A stretch of 64,000 bases of DNA from an uncultured Bacteroidales bacterium (GCA_964592225.1 CAZQCO010000008.1:3-64002); one strand, 5' to 3'. Shown: positions 40,088-50,723, numbered from the stretch's first letter. Translations and numbers: made by a program. Notes: a model not told the origin generated them from the letters alone.

Positions 40088-42415
40088 TCAACGTGTTATG
40101 AAGAAAAATGTACCCATTTCATCTTCAATACCTGATATACGTCCAAATTCCGGTTTTTGGGATGAGGAATTTTGTATGATAAGACTCACTCGTTTAGCAA
40201 TATCATCGACAGATGAACAATCGTCTTCATTATTTAGCAAGGCATTAGCAAATGCACGGGTAAAAAGTGAATTATCGTAAGCATAACCCGATCCGGATGA
40301 AGTAAATACCTGAGCTGATTTTTTCACCGCTAACTGTGTGTTTGAACATGCTACTCCTTCAATAGGGCCGCGCATGGCAATGCAGAAACCAGGTCCGGTA
40401 TCACAGGCATCGCTGACAATTAAAACATGAGTGAGAGTTGTATAGGAATACAGTGATGCTTTTAAAGCATTCACATTAAAATAGCTGAATTCAACATCCA
40501 ATCGGGCATCGGAAGGAATCCAATAACCGGTGCCGTTATTATTAACACCATGGCCGGCATACCAGATGAAGAGTGAATTGACCTGGTTAATTCTTACCAA
40601 ATCACGAAGGTCGATAGAAAAGAAACGTTCCATCTCCCGTTTTGTTAGATTTCGCTTTACGATAACTTTATTGACTTTATAACGCATAAGCGCCTGTTGC
40701 ATGAGTTGAATATCCTGCTCAGGTGAATTGAGGTTAGCAAATTCTTTATATTCCGAATTTTCAATAAGGATAACCCAGGTTTTTCCCATAGGGCTGTTTT
40801 CAGCAAGTACACGACCATCGCGCTTAAACAGAAACTCTTTCTCAATCCTGTTTCCATAAATATCGGTGGCAGTGACCTTCATTCGTGTCTTTTTAGCGAT
40901 ATCCAAAGTGGCTGTAAATCTTGGATTCAAATCGCTGGGAGCAAAGCTGGCTGTTACTTCATCGATCCGTATGGAGGAGATCAGACTTTCATCCTCAATG
41001 CGACCCTCGAGATAAAGATACCTGTCGTCGTTGCTAAGAATAATCAATTCATCGTCGCCAACATACGGATTAAAAAGTGTAATACGGGGGATGTGTGTTT
41101 CAATCCGTTCTATTGAATAACTTACAGTGCTGGCGTTATCGTAAATATCTGTTGCAGAAAGAGTAAGGAATTCAAGATTATTTGTATGCAGTAATATATC
41201 AAACTCTTTTTTTCTGGATCCCTGGGGATTATTCAGCAAAGTATCATTATTGATTTTAAAGAACCGCAAATTACTGCCATCTTCAACCCTGACTGTAATT
41301 TGCACGGTTTCCGTATCATCGGGAATAAGTACCTCGAGATCATTATTTAATACTGGATTTGTAAGTTGAATTGATGGTTTATCCACTTCTCTGTTTAAAT
41401 CAAAAATTCTTTTCTCAATTCTGGATATTTCATCAGAATCGGAATTATCGTAAAGGCTTATTAGTAATGACAGATCAGAGGATGCCTTCGATTTGGATCC
41501 AATTCGCTCATACGCATCGGCCCTGTAATTGAGTGCCTGAATATTTAGCATATCGAGATCGAGAGCAGTACTAAAATCAAAAATAGCATTTTGAAATTGT
41601 GCAAAGTCATAATAATATTTACCGCGTTGAATAAATAAATCTGAACTTGTAGAATCGATGGTTATGGCTTTTGAAATATCATTTATAGCTTTAGCATATT
41701 CTTTCTGGGAATGAAAGACTTTACTTCTGAGGATTAGAGCTTCGAGATTATTACGATCGTTGGATAAGATATAGTTGCAGTTCTCAAGCGCATACCGCGA
41801 TTTGTTATTTATAACCTGCACCCTTGCCAGTTCAAGATAGGCCACATATAGCAATTTATCTTTAATAATGGCTTTTTCAAGATCCTGTTCAGCTTGTTGC
41901 AGGTTTCCAAGCTTGAATTCACAAATGCCTTTCAGGTAGTGTGCATAGGCGGTACTTTTTGCATCGATGGCATTAACAGCTGCACGCTGCGCGTCTGTGA
42001 AGTTTTCTAGGGCTAGATATATCTGGCACTGGAGTATATAAGCTTCATGGAATTTGGATTTTTGCTCAATTGCCCTGGCAACAGTTTCGTTGGCCTGTTC
42101 GGTATGCTCAAGTGAAAACAGCAATTGAGCTGCAGCATAATAGTTTTCAGCCGGATTTACACCAAAAACCGCAGCATTTTTATAATCATTTGCAGCCTTT
42201 TCATCCGATTTTATTTGCTGATAAGCTTTCGCCCGTTCTTCATATGCTTTCCCGTTTTCAGGTTCAAGTTCAAGTGCCTGATTGTACTGTTCGATGGCAT
42301 CTTCATAGTAACCATTCAGAATAAACTGTTCTGCAGCTTTAATATAATTTCGGGCTGATTGACCGAAAAGAACCGGGCTGCAAAGCAGTAATATAAAAAC
42401 AAAAAGTGATCGCAA
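40088..42415 (-). CDS. Secreted TPR-repeat / tandem Ig-like / caspase-family (peptidase C14) protein
   Basis: Signal peptide MRSLFVFILLLCSPVLFGQ and ~300 aa of TPR-like repeats. Two ~95-aa modules each end in ATDIY(D/G)N. The C-terminal caspase fold has His in WYAGHG (codon 40550..40552) and Cys in VSDACDTG (codon 40403..40405). Confidence 0.8.
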   Translation of the reverse strand: MRSLFVFILLLCSPVLFGQSARNYIKAAEQFILNGYYEDAIEQYNQALELEPENGKAYEERAKAYQQIKSDEKAANDYKNAAVFGVNPAENYYAAAQLLFSLEHTEQANETVARAIEQKSKFHEAYILQCQIYLALENFTDAQRAAVNAIDAKSTAYAHYLKGICEFKLGNLQQAEQDLEKAIIKDKLLYVAYLELARVQVINNKSRYALENCNYILSNDRNNLEALILRSKVFHSQKEYAKAINDISKAITIDSTSSDLFIQRGKYYYDFAQFQNAIFDFSTALDLDMLNIQALNYRADAYERIGSKSKASSDLSLLISLYDNSDSDEISRIEKRIFDLNREVDKPSIQLTNPVLNNDLEVLIPDDTETVQITVRVEDGSNLRFFKINNDTLLNNPQGSRKKEFDILLHTNNLEFLTLSATDIYDNASTVSYSIERIETHIPRITLFNPYVGDDELIILSNDDRYLYLEGRIEDESLISSIRIDEVTASFAPSDLNPRFTATLDIAKKTRMKVTATDIYGNRIEKEFLFKRDGRVLAENSPMGKTWVILIENSEYKEFANLNSPEQDIQLMQQALMRYKVNKVIVKRNLTKREMERFFSIDLRDLVRINQVNSLFIWYAGHGVNNNGTGYWIPSDARLDVEFSYFNVNALKASLYSYTTLTHVLIVSDACDTGPGFCIAMRGPIEGVACSNTQLAVKKSAQVFTSSGSGYAYDNSLFTRAFANALLNNEDDCSSVDDIAKRVSLIIQNSSSQKPEFGRISGIEDEMGTFFFITR

Positions 42416-42544
42416 CGAGTTGGATATTAAAATATAGTACCGGACAATTCTAAACAGGATGCAATATTACAAAAACATTGCCAGAAATAATAAAACATGC
42501 TGAAATACAGCGATTTTTTAACTTTTTTTGAGTGATGGAGATTA

Positions 42545-43273
42545 TTACCAGAATTCAAGATGGTATTTGTTCAATTCTTTATCTAATTTCCGGGCTCCTG
42601 GCAGTATGGATTCCATTCTGTTCCAGAACGATTTTTGATGGTTTTTATATACGGTATGTGTAAGCTCGTGAAGTATTATATAATCGATCAGGTGATCGGG
42701 TAATCGCATCAACTGGAGATTAAGATTGATATTGTTTGCAGCCGAACAACTGCCCCAACGCGTTTTTGTATTTTTAACAGTGAGTTTATTAAAGTTGTAC
42801 TTATTTTGTTTTGCCAGTTCCGTTGTTCTGCCTGGCAGGTATTTCTTAGCTTCCACGCGCCATGCTTCCAGAATAGCCTTTCTGATAACATGCTGAATTC
42901 GGGTATCTTCAACTTTGGCAGAGGAAGGATACCAGACTACAATCTTATCGCCTGAAACTACCGATTTTATTGTGTTTTTATTTTGTTTAAGGAGATATAG
43001 AGTATGCATACGTGTTTTGAACGTAGTATTCTCATTAAATATGGTTTGCTGATTTTGAAGTTTTGCCTGTCGACTTAGGGATTTTTGTATCCAGCTTTTC
43101 TTTTCGTGAATGAACCGCAATGCAATGTTTTCTGAAACATGTGAAGGTAAAATAACCATTATACCCTCTTTTCGGCTAACCCTGATGCGTAATGAACGGG
43201 TACGTGTACTTCTTTTGAAAATTACCGTACCGATATCTTCAATAAAAAGGCTTTGAACGGTCTTTTGCAACAT
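42545..43273 (-). CDS. DUF45/YgjP-like zinc metallohydrolase (HExxH)
   Basis: C-terminal ...TRWGSCS...IDYIILHELTHTVYKNH..., the YgjP/SprT-like signature. Confidence 0.75.
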   Translation of the reverse strand: MLQKTVQSLFIEDIGTVIFKRSTRTRSLRIRVSRKEGIMVILPSHVSENIALRFIHEKKSWIQKSLSRQAKLQNQQTIFNENTTFKTRMHTLYLLKQNKNTIKSVVSGDKIVVWYPSSAKVEDTRIQHVIRKAILEAWRVEAKKYLPGRTTELAKQNKYNFNKLTVKNTKTRWGSCSAANNINLNLQLMRLPDHLIDYIILHELTHTVYKNHQKSFWNRMESILPGARKLDKELNKYHLEFW

Positions 43274-43374
43274 GAAAAAAGTTTAAATCGTTTCAGAACT
43301 CTTTCTGCAAAAATAGGATACCCATTGAATTTTTAAAGAATTATTCATCAACCAAATTTGTATTTTTGCGCGGT

Positions 43375-44085
43375 ATGTGTAAAATACTCCATATTGAAAC
43401 AGCAACAGAAGTTTGTTCTGTGAGTATCGCTTCGGAAGGTAAAGTAATTGCACACAAAGAAACGACAGAGGGACGTTCACATGCAGCGGCCCTTTCTGTA
43501 TTTATCCGGGAGCTGTTTGACAAAACCGCTCTGTCTATAAGTGATCTTGATGCAATTGCTGTAAGCATGGGTCCTGGATCCTATACCGGTCTGAGAATAG
43601 GTGTTTCCACGGCTAAAGGATTATGTTATGGAGCCGATCTCCCTCTTATTGCAATTCCAACCCTGGAGATCATGTGTTTTGGGATGATCGAAAAATTTAA
43701 AAGAGAAGGAACTTTTTTAGAGGATGATTTACTTTTCCTACCCATGATCGATGCCCGGAGAATGGAAGTTTATACTGCTATCTTTAATAAAGATCTTGCT
43801 CCTGTTAAAGATACTTGTGCTTTAGTTATAGAGCCAACTTCCTTCAATGATTTGTTACAAAATAACAGACTTATTTTTTTTGGTGATGGAGCCGATAAAC
43901 TTGCTGATACAATTGTCAATCCAAATGCATGTTTTTTTATGAATTACAAACTGTCTTCAGTGCATATGACAGAATTGGCATATGCTCGTTTTAAGAATAC
44001 AGATTTTGTTGATGTAGCCTATTTTGAGCCGTATTATCTTAAAGATTTTATTACCACTACACCAAAGAAAAAATTATTATACTAA
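43375..44085 (+). CDS. tsaB: tRNA t6A37 biosynthesis protein TsaB
   Basis: ILHIETATEVCSVSI..., VSMGPGSYTGLRIGVSTAKGL. ATG at 43375 is preferred over TTG at 43366. Confidence 0.85.
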   Translation: MCKILHIETATEVCSVSIASEGKVIAHKETTEGRSHAAALSVFIRELFDKTALSISDLDAIAVSMGPGSYTGLRIGVSTAKGLCYGADLPLIAIPTLEIMCFGMIEKFKREGTFLEDDLLFLPMIDARRMEVYTAIFNKDLAPVKDTCALVIEPTSFNDLLQNNRLIFFGDGADKLADTIVNPNACFFMNYKLSSVHMTELAYARFKNTDFVDVAYFEPYYLKDFITTTPKKKLLY

Positions 44086-44343
44086 TTTTTCCAATACTTC
44101 TAATTTTAAAAATACTCAATCATTTAAAGTAATTTTTAAAGGGGAAAAGCTGCATACGAAGTAAGTTATATGTAATTTGAAAATATGCATTCGCATATGC
44201 CTATATAAGTAGGTTCAGCATTCAATATCATTTTAGAATAGAACATTTACCCGATCGGCACCTATTAGGAAAAATGGCGACTCAGGATTAGATAATTAGG
44301 GGATTTCCTCTATTTTTGTATCAATTAAATAAGAAAATAATAT

Positions 44344-44913
44344 ATGGCAACAACAGCAGATATTAGGAACGGATTATGTATTGAATTTAATAACGATTTG
44401 TACACAATAGTAGATTTTCAGCATGTCAAACCAGGAAAGGGACCTGCATTTGTCCGAACCAAACTGAAAAATTTTAAAACGGGAAAAGTTATTGACAACA
44501 CATTTTCTGCGGGGCATAGCATCAATGTTCAGCGTGTGGAGAGAAGGCCCTATCAATATCTTTATAGTGATGATCTGGGCTACCATTTTATGCATACCGA
44601 AACATTTGAACAAATCAGGTTGAATGCTGAAATGATATCTGCCCCGGATTTGCTTAAAGAAGGTCAGCTTGTTGAAGTACCCTACCATACTGAGACAGAT
44701 ACACCTTTGTCGTGCGATCTCCCGCCTTTTGTTGAGCTTGAAATAATTTACACCGAACCCGGAGTTCGCGGAGATACAGCTTCTTCAACCGCATTAAAGC
44801 CGGCAACCCTTGAAACCAATGCCGTTGTGCAAGTTCCTATCTTTATTAAGCAGGGTGAAAAAATTCGTGTCGATACAAGAACTAAAACCTATTCCGAGAG
44901 AGTTAAAGAATAA
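44344..44913 (+). CDS. efp: Elongation factor P
   Basis: ATTADIRNGLCIEFNNDLYTIVDFQHVKPGKGPAFVRTKLKN. Confidence 0.95.
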   Translation: MATTADIRNGLCIEFNNDLYTIVDFQHVKPGKGPAFVRTKLKNFKTGKVIDNTFSAGHSINVQRVERRPYQYLYSDDLGYHFMHTETFEQIRLNAEMISAPDLLKEGQLVEVPYHTETDTPLSCDLPPFVELEIIYTEPGVRGDTASSTALKPATLETNAVVQVPIFIKQGEKIRVDTRTKTYSERVKE

Positions 44914-44946
44914 TTTTGTATTTTAATGCCAGTTTGAGAATACTCC

Positions 44947-46173
44947 ATGACGGAAAAAGCCTCCATAAAACGATTGAAATTAACCACTTTTAAGCTTCGT
45001 TCGCTCTTAAATATAACACGGGCTATTAACGATAATTTATCTCAGGAAGAGCTACTTACACGGTACGAAAGCATTTTACGAAAAGACCTCAGTATTGGGA
45101 AATTGGTTCTTTTTAAATTCGAAGAAGGGTGGAAATGCATTCTTAGTGCCGGAGTTTCCGATCGGACATTACAGGAGATTGATGTAGAAAAGGACCTGAT
45201 GCTTTTTGATGAAATAGAATCTGTTTCCACTTCATCATCAGACATTTTATCGAATTATGATATTGTTATTCCTGTTATTCACAACGGGAAGCATATAGCC
45301 TTTGTTCTAATAGGTGATATTTATGAGGGAGAAGGAGTTAGTCCTACTATTAAACATCTGAATTTTATTCAAACCCTATCCAACATCATTATTGTAGCTA
45401 TTGAGAATATCCGTCTGTTTAAGGAAAGTCTCCGACAGGAAGCTATGAAGAAGGAACTTGAGCTGGCATCGAAAATGCAAAACATGCTGATACCTCATAC
45501 TTCAGCACTACCAAATAATGATCGTATCAGGATAACAGCTTTCTATCATCCGCATCTTGAGGTGGGTGGCGACTATTATGATTACCTGGAACTAAGTAAG
45601 GACGAAATTGGTTTTTGTATTTCTGATGTTTCGGGAAAGGGAATGTCGGCAGCTTTGCTGATGTCTAATTTCCAGGCGAATTTGAGAGCTCTATTCACTC
45701 ACGAAATATCTCTTAAGGCACTTGTTGAGAAATTAAATGAGAGAGTTTTAAACTCAACGAATGGAGAAAAGTTTATAACCTTATTTGTAGGTAAATATAA
45801 TTTTAAAACCCGTGAATTGGAGTATATCAATGCGGGACATAATCAACCTATTCTATACATGAAGAATGAGGACAAACTCACCATGTTAGATCAGGGATGC
45901 GTAGGAATAGGTATGCTCGATGAAATTCCGATGGTAAAAAAGGGAGTTGTCCTAATTGAAGGATCAGCAAAAATACTATGCTATACCGACGGTTTGGTAG
46001 AATTAATGGATGGGCTTGGAATATCGACAGAAACCACTGAGATAGAAGAAGGAATTAAAAATGATGATTCAATGGAAAAGAATATTCAGGATATCATTAA
46101 GAAACAAAAGATTCTTGAAGACTCAACCGCTATATTTGACGATATTTCTATTTTAGGTATTGAGCTTTTCTAA
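44947..46173 (+). CDS. GAF-like sensor domain fused to a PP2C/SpoIIE-family serine phosphatase
   Basis: C-terminal half has EVGGDYYDY, CISDVSGKGMSAALLMS, NAGHNQP, YTDGLVE and DDISILGIE, as in RsbU/SpoIIE phosphatases. Confidence 0.8.
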   Translation: MTEKASIKRLKLTTFKLRSLLNITRAINDNLSQEELLTRYESILRKDLSIGKLVLFKFEEGWKCILSAGVSDRTLQEIDVEKDLMLFDEIESVSTSSSDILSNYDIVIPVIHNGKHIAFVLIGDIYEGEGVSPTIKHLNFIQTLSNIIIVAIENIRLFKESLRQEAMKKELELASKMQNMLIPHTSALPNNDRIRITAFYHPHLEVGGDYYDYLELSKDEIGFCISDVSGKGMSAALLMSNFQANLRALFTHEISLKALVEKLNERVLNSTNGEKFITLFVGKYNFKTRELEYINAGHNQPILYMKNEDKLTMLDQGCVGIGMLDEIPMVKKGVVLIEGSAKILCYTDGLVELMDGLGISTETTEIEEGIKNDDSMEKNIQDIIKKQKILEDSTAIFDDISILGIELF

Positions 46174-46238
46174 TAATTATCTTCTGCTTTAATAATCCGG
46201 CAACATAAGTTTTAATTATCAGAGTCTGACGACTTTTT

Positions 46239-47690
46239 TTATTTCCGTTCCTTCTCCTGTTTAGGAAGGTAGTAGAGATCGAGTGAAACAAAAGCTGCGA
46301 TAAATCCCCAGAATAACGCTGATGCTTTGTCGGTATCGAGGAAATTGTTTAGTGCACCATGAACAAGATAGGTGATAAATGCCAGGATAAATGCCAGCAC
46401 AATTTGTTTTAATCTTTTATTTTCTACTTTTTTATAAACTTTAAAGCCGGTAAGTAAAGCTACTATCGCAATCAGGATAAAAGATAATGATCCCAGGATG
46501 CCTGACTCGCACAGAGGGCCTATGTATTCACTGTGTGCGTTACCCAAATCACCAAAATCGGTACTGATGAGGGTTTTTCTCGAGGATAGTTGAAAAGGAG
46601 CGTACTTAAACATATAGGTGCCTGGTCCCCATCCAAAGACCGGCCGTTCCCGGAACATTCTCAGAGCAGATGTCCAGCGGTTGAAACGTTCCATGTTAGA
46701 ATCGTCGGTTGTAATGTTTGAGATGGATTGAATATGTTCGGTAATATCGGCCGATGAAGCCTGGTCATTTTTTTCAAGTCGTTGCAGCAACTCAATTCGT
46801 TGACTGAAAATATAGACGAGTATCAATAATCCAATCAGAAAAAGATAACGAAATCTTATACGCAGGAGTGTCACGGCAAGAATTCCAAAACATAAGATAA
46901 CACTAATCCAGGCAGCTCTTGAGTATGAAAGGATTAAGCCTGCACTAATATAAACCAGAGAAAACCAGTACAGTAAGCGTTGGATAAGATTGGCTCCGTG
47001 GCGCAATATAACTCCCCCCAATGCAAAGAATATCATAGCCAGTATGGCGCCATAGGAAGTATGATCGCGGAAAAAAGGATTTGCCACTACATGGGCTGCC
47101 TGCTTGTCAAATAATCCAAAAACGAGGTGACGGGAAATGGCATAGGTTATCACTACAATAAGCGGTAATGCATAACACCAGACAAATACCGAAAGGTTTT
47201 CAGTTTTTCGGAAAATGTAAATCGCCAGGAAATAGAAAGTGGTAAGGAACCAGATTCTTGCTAACATGAATTTAAAGGATACCAGCGGCATGGAGCTGGT
47301 TATGGAAGTAATAGCTATCCAGAAAAGATTGAACAGAATGGCATAAGTAACAGGGTGATTAAGGACTTTACGATTTAAATTACCGTTTTGCACCATTTTA
47401 AAAATAACCAGCAACATGACACCAAAAAGGATAGGTTCGGTGGGGATGTAAAAATCGATAGGAGATGAACGCAGGTATTCAATTAACGGAATAGACAAAG
47501 GCGTACAGAAAATAATTATGAAATACAGAATATCCAGTCTGGTTAAAGCAAGAAATATAAGAATGACGGCAATTGGCAGTAAATTCAGATAATAGATTTC
47601 TCTGAATGTTAAAAACATATCGGCCACAATGTAAAGCAACACTATGGCTATGATCCAGCTATACTTTTTTAATTGAACCGGCAAAGACAT
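46239..47690 (-). CDS. O-antigen ligase/polymerase-family membrane protein
   Basis: About 11 TM segments. SYSRAAWISV motif and a periplasmic loop before the last TM segments, typical of the Wzy_C domain. Confidence 0.65.
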   Translation of the reverse strand: MSLPVQLKKYSWIIAIVLLYIVADMFLTFREIYYLNLLPIAVILIFLALTRLDILYFIIIFCTPLSIPLIEYLRSSPIDFYIPTEPILFGVMLLVIFKMVQNGNLNRKVLNHPVTYAILFNLFWIAITSITSSMPLVSFKFMLARIWFLTTFYFLAIYIFRKTENLSVFVWCYALPLIVVITYAISRHLVFGLFDKQAAHVVANPFFRDHTSYGAILAMIFFALGGVILRHGANLIQRLLYWFSLVYISAGLILSYSRAAWISVILCFGILAVTLLRIRFRYLFLIGLLILVYIFSQRIELLQRLEKNDQASSADITEHIQSISNITTDDSNMERFNRWTSALRMFRERPVFGWGPGTYMFKYAPFQLSSRKTLISTDFGDLGNAHSEYIGPLCESGILGSLSFILIAIVALLTGFKVYKKVENKRLKQIVLAFILAFITYLVHGALNNFLDTDKASALFWGFIAAFVSLDLYYLPKQEKERK

Positions 47691-47696
47691 GCTCAG

Positions 47697-48719
47697 TTAA
47701 TGGCGTAGTTTAATATTATCGATGATCAGCAGCAGCAAAAGAGCTAATGCAAAAGTTGAAAGTGTGGAGACAATTACGATCAGTGACCGTTTGGGGACAG
47801 CTTTACGTTCCGATTTATTGGCCCTGTCGATAATAAACACATTACTCATTGTCGATGCGAGGTTCACATTGGCAGCAGCCATTTTGGCTTTTAAAAGGCT
47901 GTAGCGTTCAACTTCCCATTCAAGTTTGTAATCGAGCTCAACATATAAACCGCCATATTTTGACAAGATATCAAGCTGTCTTTTAATTATTCTGGCAACT
48001 TCCATTTTTCCCGCTCCCATCGCATCGGCATAAGCCCTGTTTAAGGCTTCCGATTGCGATTCGTAATCATTGACACCCAATGAACGGATTACTTTTAATG
48101 AATCAGTGATTTGTTCGATCATTTGGGCCGATTCGTTATATTCTTTCTCAACAATTTTAAATGCATCATATGCCCGGGCAAGTCTTATATAATAGTAAAC
48201 CGAATCGACATAGGATGATATATCATTGGCGATATCGGCAGCCATCTGAGGATCGGTATCCAGTACTTCAATTTCGATCGATAAAAATTCTGTCCGCCGG
48301 AATTTCACATTACTCTTATACATATTGACCAGTTGAGTATAGGGAAATTTCGTGGTATTCGTATCAATCTCATAATGCTCCATTAGGTTGAATTTCTGTG
48401 TAATATGGTCACGAACCTTATCGGAGTAAAGAACCTGTAATAAACGTTCGGCTTCTTCATCTTCACCAAAGGTGAGGATATCCTTGGTATCGGAAGTAAC
48501 AACCGATGTTTCCACAAGGTTTTTAGAAACAGACACTGAAGCTGCAGGAAACATAGTAACTCTCGATTTAAACTTGGGAGTAATGGTCAGTGAAACAATT
48601 ATTGAAGCAATGAAAGCGATAAGAGATACACCTATCAATATCCATTTTTTATCCCAGACAAACTGGATCAGGTCGAAGGCATCGTAAACAAAACCTTTTT
48701 TCTTTTTCTTTTTAGGCAT
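47697..48719 (-). CDS. Wzz-like polysaccharide chain-length determinant protein
   Basis: N-terminal TM after a basic stretch, a long helical periplasmic region and a C-terminal TM. Starts 6 nt upstream of the ligase-like gene. Confidence 0.6.
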   Translation of the reverse strand: MPKKKKKKGFVYDAFDLIQFVWDKKWILIGVSLIAFIASIIVSLTITPKFKSRVTMFPAASVSVSKNLVETSVVTSDTKDILTFGEDEEAERLLQVLYSDKVRDHITQKFNLMEHYEIDTNTTKFPYTQLVNMYKSNVKFRRTEFLSIEIEVLDTDPQMAADIANDISSYVDSVYYYIRLARAYDAFKIVEKEYNESAQMIEQITDSLKVIRSLGVNDYESQSEALNRAYADAMGAGKMEVARIIKRQLDILSKYGGLYVELDYKLEWEVERYSLLKAKMAAANVNLASTMSNVFIIDRANKSERKAVPKRSLIVIVSTLSTFALALLLLLIIDNIKLRH

Positions 48720-48728
48720 AGCAGTATA

Positions 48729-50021
48729 TTATTTAACTGTGATTAAAAAGTAATTCTTTTTTCCTTTTTGGACCAATAAATATTTTTGATTAAGCAAATT
48801 GCTGGTATTCACTGTAAGTTCAGCATTATCCACTTTCGCTTTATTCAGGCTCAGTCCTCCTCCTTTAATCGTTCTTCGCAATTCTCCTTTCGACGGGAAA
48901 ACAGCGGTTTTTTCGGCCAGCAGGTCGGTAAGCATAATTCCTTTTTCAAAACTGGAAATTTCGATAGAATATTGTGGTACTCCCTTAAAAACGGATAGAA
49001 AAGTACGTTCGTCCAATCGTTCCAGGCTTTCGGTAGTGCCTTTTCCGAACAGTATCTGGGAAGCCTCAACGGCATTTTCGTATTCCTTACGGGAATGCAC
49101 CATTACTGTGGTTTCTTCGGCCAGGCGTTTTTGTAGTATTCTCAGGTGAGGGGCCTGTTGATGCTCTGCGATCAGATCGTCGGTTTCTTTCTTGTTCAGC
49201 AACGTAAAGGTCTTAATATAATTTTCGGCATCGGTATCGGATGTATTGAGCCAGAATTGATAGAATTCATAGGGAGAAGTCCGTTCCGGGTCAAGCCAGA
49301 TATTTCCCGATTCGGTTTTTCCGAATTTTCCCCCATCAGCCTTTGTAATAAGCGGTATGGTGAGTGCGAAAGCCTCTCCGCCGGTTTTCCTTCGGATCAG
49401 TTCAGTTCCTGTTGTAATATTACCCCACTGGTCAGAGCCACCCATTTGCAGTTTACAGTTCTTATGCTGATAAAGCCATAAAAAATCATATCCCTGTACC
49501 AACTGGTACGAAAATTCGGTGAACGACATACCCTGTTTCGATTCTTCTCCAATACGCTTTTTTACGCTATCTTTTGCCATCATATAGTTAACGGTGATAT
49601 GCTTACCTACATTGCGGATAAACTCCAGAAAACTTATTTCCTTCATCCAGTCATAGTTGTTCACCAATTCAGCAGCATGAGGTTCATGGGTATCGAAATC
49701 AAGGAATTTGCGCAGTTGTTTTTCAATACCGGCAAGATTATTTTTCAGACTTTCTTCGTTGAGCAGGTTCCTTTCTTCCAATTTTCCAGAAGGGTCTCCG
49801 ATCATACCGGTAGCGCCTCCAACAAGAGCAATGGGTTTATGACCTGCCAGCTGAAATCGCTTGAGCAACATGATTTGAGCAAAGCTCCCAACATGAAGTG
49901 AATCGGAAGTAGGGTCGAAACCAATATAGGCAGTTGTTACTTCCTTATTCAGCTGCTCCTCAGTACCCGGCATAATATCGTGAATCATGCCTCTCCATTT
50001 CAGCTCTTCAACAAAATTCAT
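48729..50021 (-). CDS. tyrS: Tyrosine--tRNA ligase
   Basis: [13 protein letters not shown] (HIGH-type), KFGKTESG (KMSKS-type), and a C-terminal S4-like domain. Confidence 0.95.
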   Translation of the reverse strand: MNFVEELKWRGMIHDIMPGTEEQLNKEVTTAYIGFDPTSDSLHVGSFAQIMLLKRFQLAGHKPIALVGGATGMIGDPSGKLEERNLLNEESLKNNLAGIEKQLRKFLDFDTHEPHAAELVNNYDWMKEISFLEFIRNVGKHITVNYMMAKDSVKKRIGEESKQGMSFTEFSYQLVQGYDFLWLYQHKNCKLQMGGSDQWGNITTGTELIRRKTGGEAFALTIPLITKADGGKFGKTESGNIWLDPERTSPYEFYQFWLNTSDTDAENYIKTFTLLNKKETDDLIAEHQQAPHLRILQKRLAEETTVMVHSRKEYENAVEASQILFGKGTTESLERLDERTFLSVFKGVPQYSIEISSFEKGIMLTDLLAEKTAVFPSKGELRRTIKGGGLSLNKAKVDNAELTVNTSNLLNQKYLLVQKGKKNYFLITVK

Positions 50022-50081
50022 CTGGTAAAAAATTTCTGCAAAGATAATATTTGAATGAGAACATCTATGAGAATTAAGGAT

Positions 50082-50612
50082 TTATACCAGAATTTCTTCT
50101 CTGGGTTCTTCAGGGGCATCGAGAGGATGAGTGAAATCGAAATGAAGATAGGGGAAGAGCAACGGAGCGAGTAAAGAAAGGGGCCTGTACAAACGCGATT
50201 CACTTACCTTTTCTTTGGGGAGGAATTGCAATTTCCTGTCTATTCCGTTAATAACAACCAGAATGGCACTAATGATAAAAGCATACTTAATTAAATTAAA
50301 AAGAATACCGAAAATCCGGTTAACAAAACTCAGGGCAATCATTTCCAGTAATTTTTCTACCAGTTTTGCTAAAAAATGAATGGCCACCACAATGCCTATA
50401 AATGTTATGGCAAACGAGATAAGCGGGATAAATTCACCATGGCGTTCCATTTTTTCCATGATCACAGCAGCCACAAATCCCGAAAATTTAACCGCACCAT
50501 AAATACCCAGAATAATTGCTGCAAGCGTGGCTGCCTGCAGAATAAAACCTTTTGTAAAACCTTTGTATGCGGCCCAGAGAAAGACAAGAATGAATAGGAT
50601 ATCGAAAATCAT
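50082..50612 (-). CDS. cvpA: CvpA-family membrane protein
   Basis: MIFDILFILVFLWAAYKGFTKGFI start and four TM segments. Confidence 0.8.
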   Translation of the reverse strand: MIFDILFILVFLWAAYKGFTKGFILQAATLAAIILGIYGAVKFSGFVAAVIMEKMERHGEFIPLISFAITFIGIVVAIHFLAKLVEKLLEMIALSFVNRIFGILFNLIKYAFIISAILVVINGIDRKLQFLPKEKVSESRLYRPLSLLAPLLFPYLHFDFTHPLDAPEEPREEILV

Positions 50613-50678
50613 TAACTATCAGAGTTTAAGGGGATATTTCATCCGAAACCTTGTAATAGTTGCGAAGTAAGGTTAAAT

Positions 50679-50710
50679 TTTGAAATAGTCAATGTTTTTA
50701 GATATTTTTG
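50679..50710 (+). promoter_or_regulatory. Bacteroidota-type promoter for tRNA-Arg (-33 TTTG, -7 TATTTTTG)
   Basis: TTTG at 50679..50682, a 20-nt spacer, then TATTTTTG at 50703..50710, ending 13 nt before the tRNA. Confidence 0.45.
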
Positions 50711-50723
50711 TGCCCACAATTTT

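Noticed and set aside
44183-44198. A short palindrome, ATATGC-ATTC-GCATAT, in the tsaB-efp spacer that could be an operator.
   Set aside because: It is only a 6-bp AT-rich stem about 150 nt from efp. Such a match is expected by chance in AT-rich intergenic DNA.
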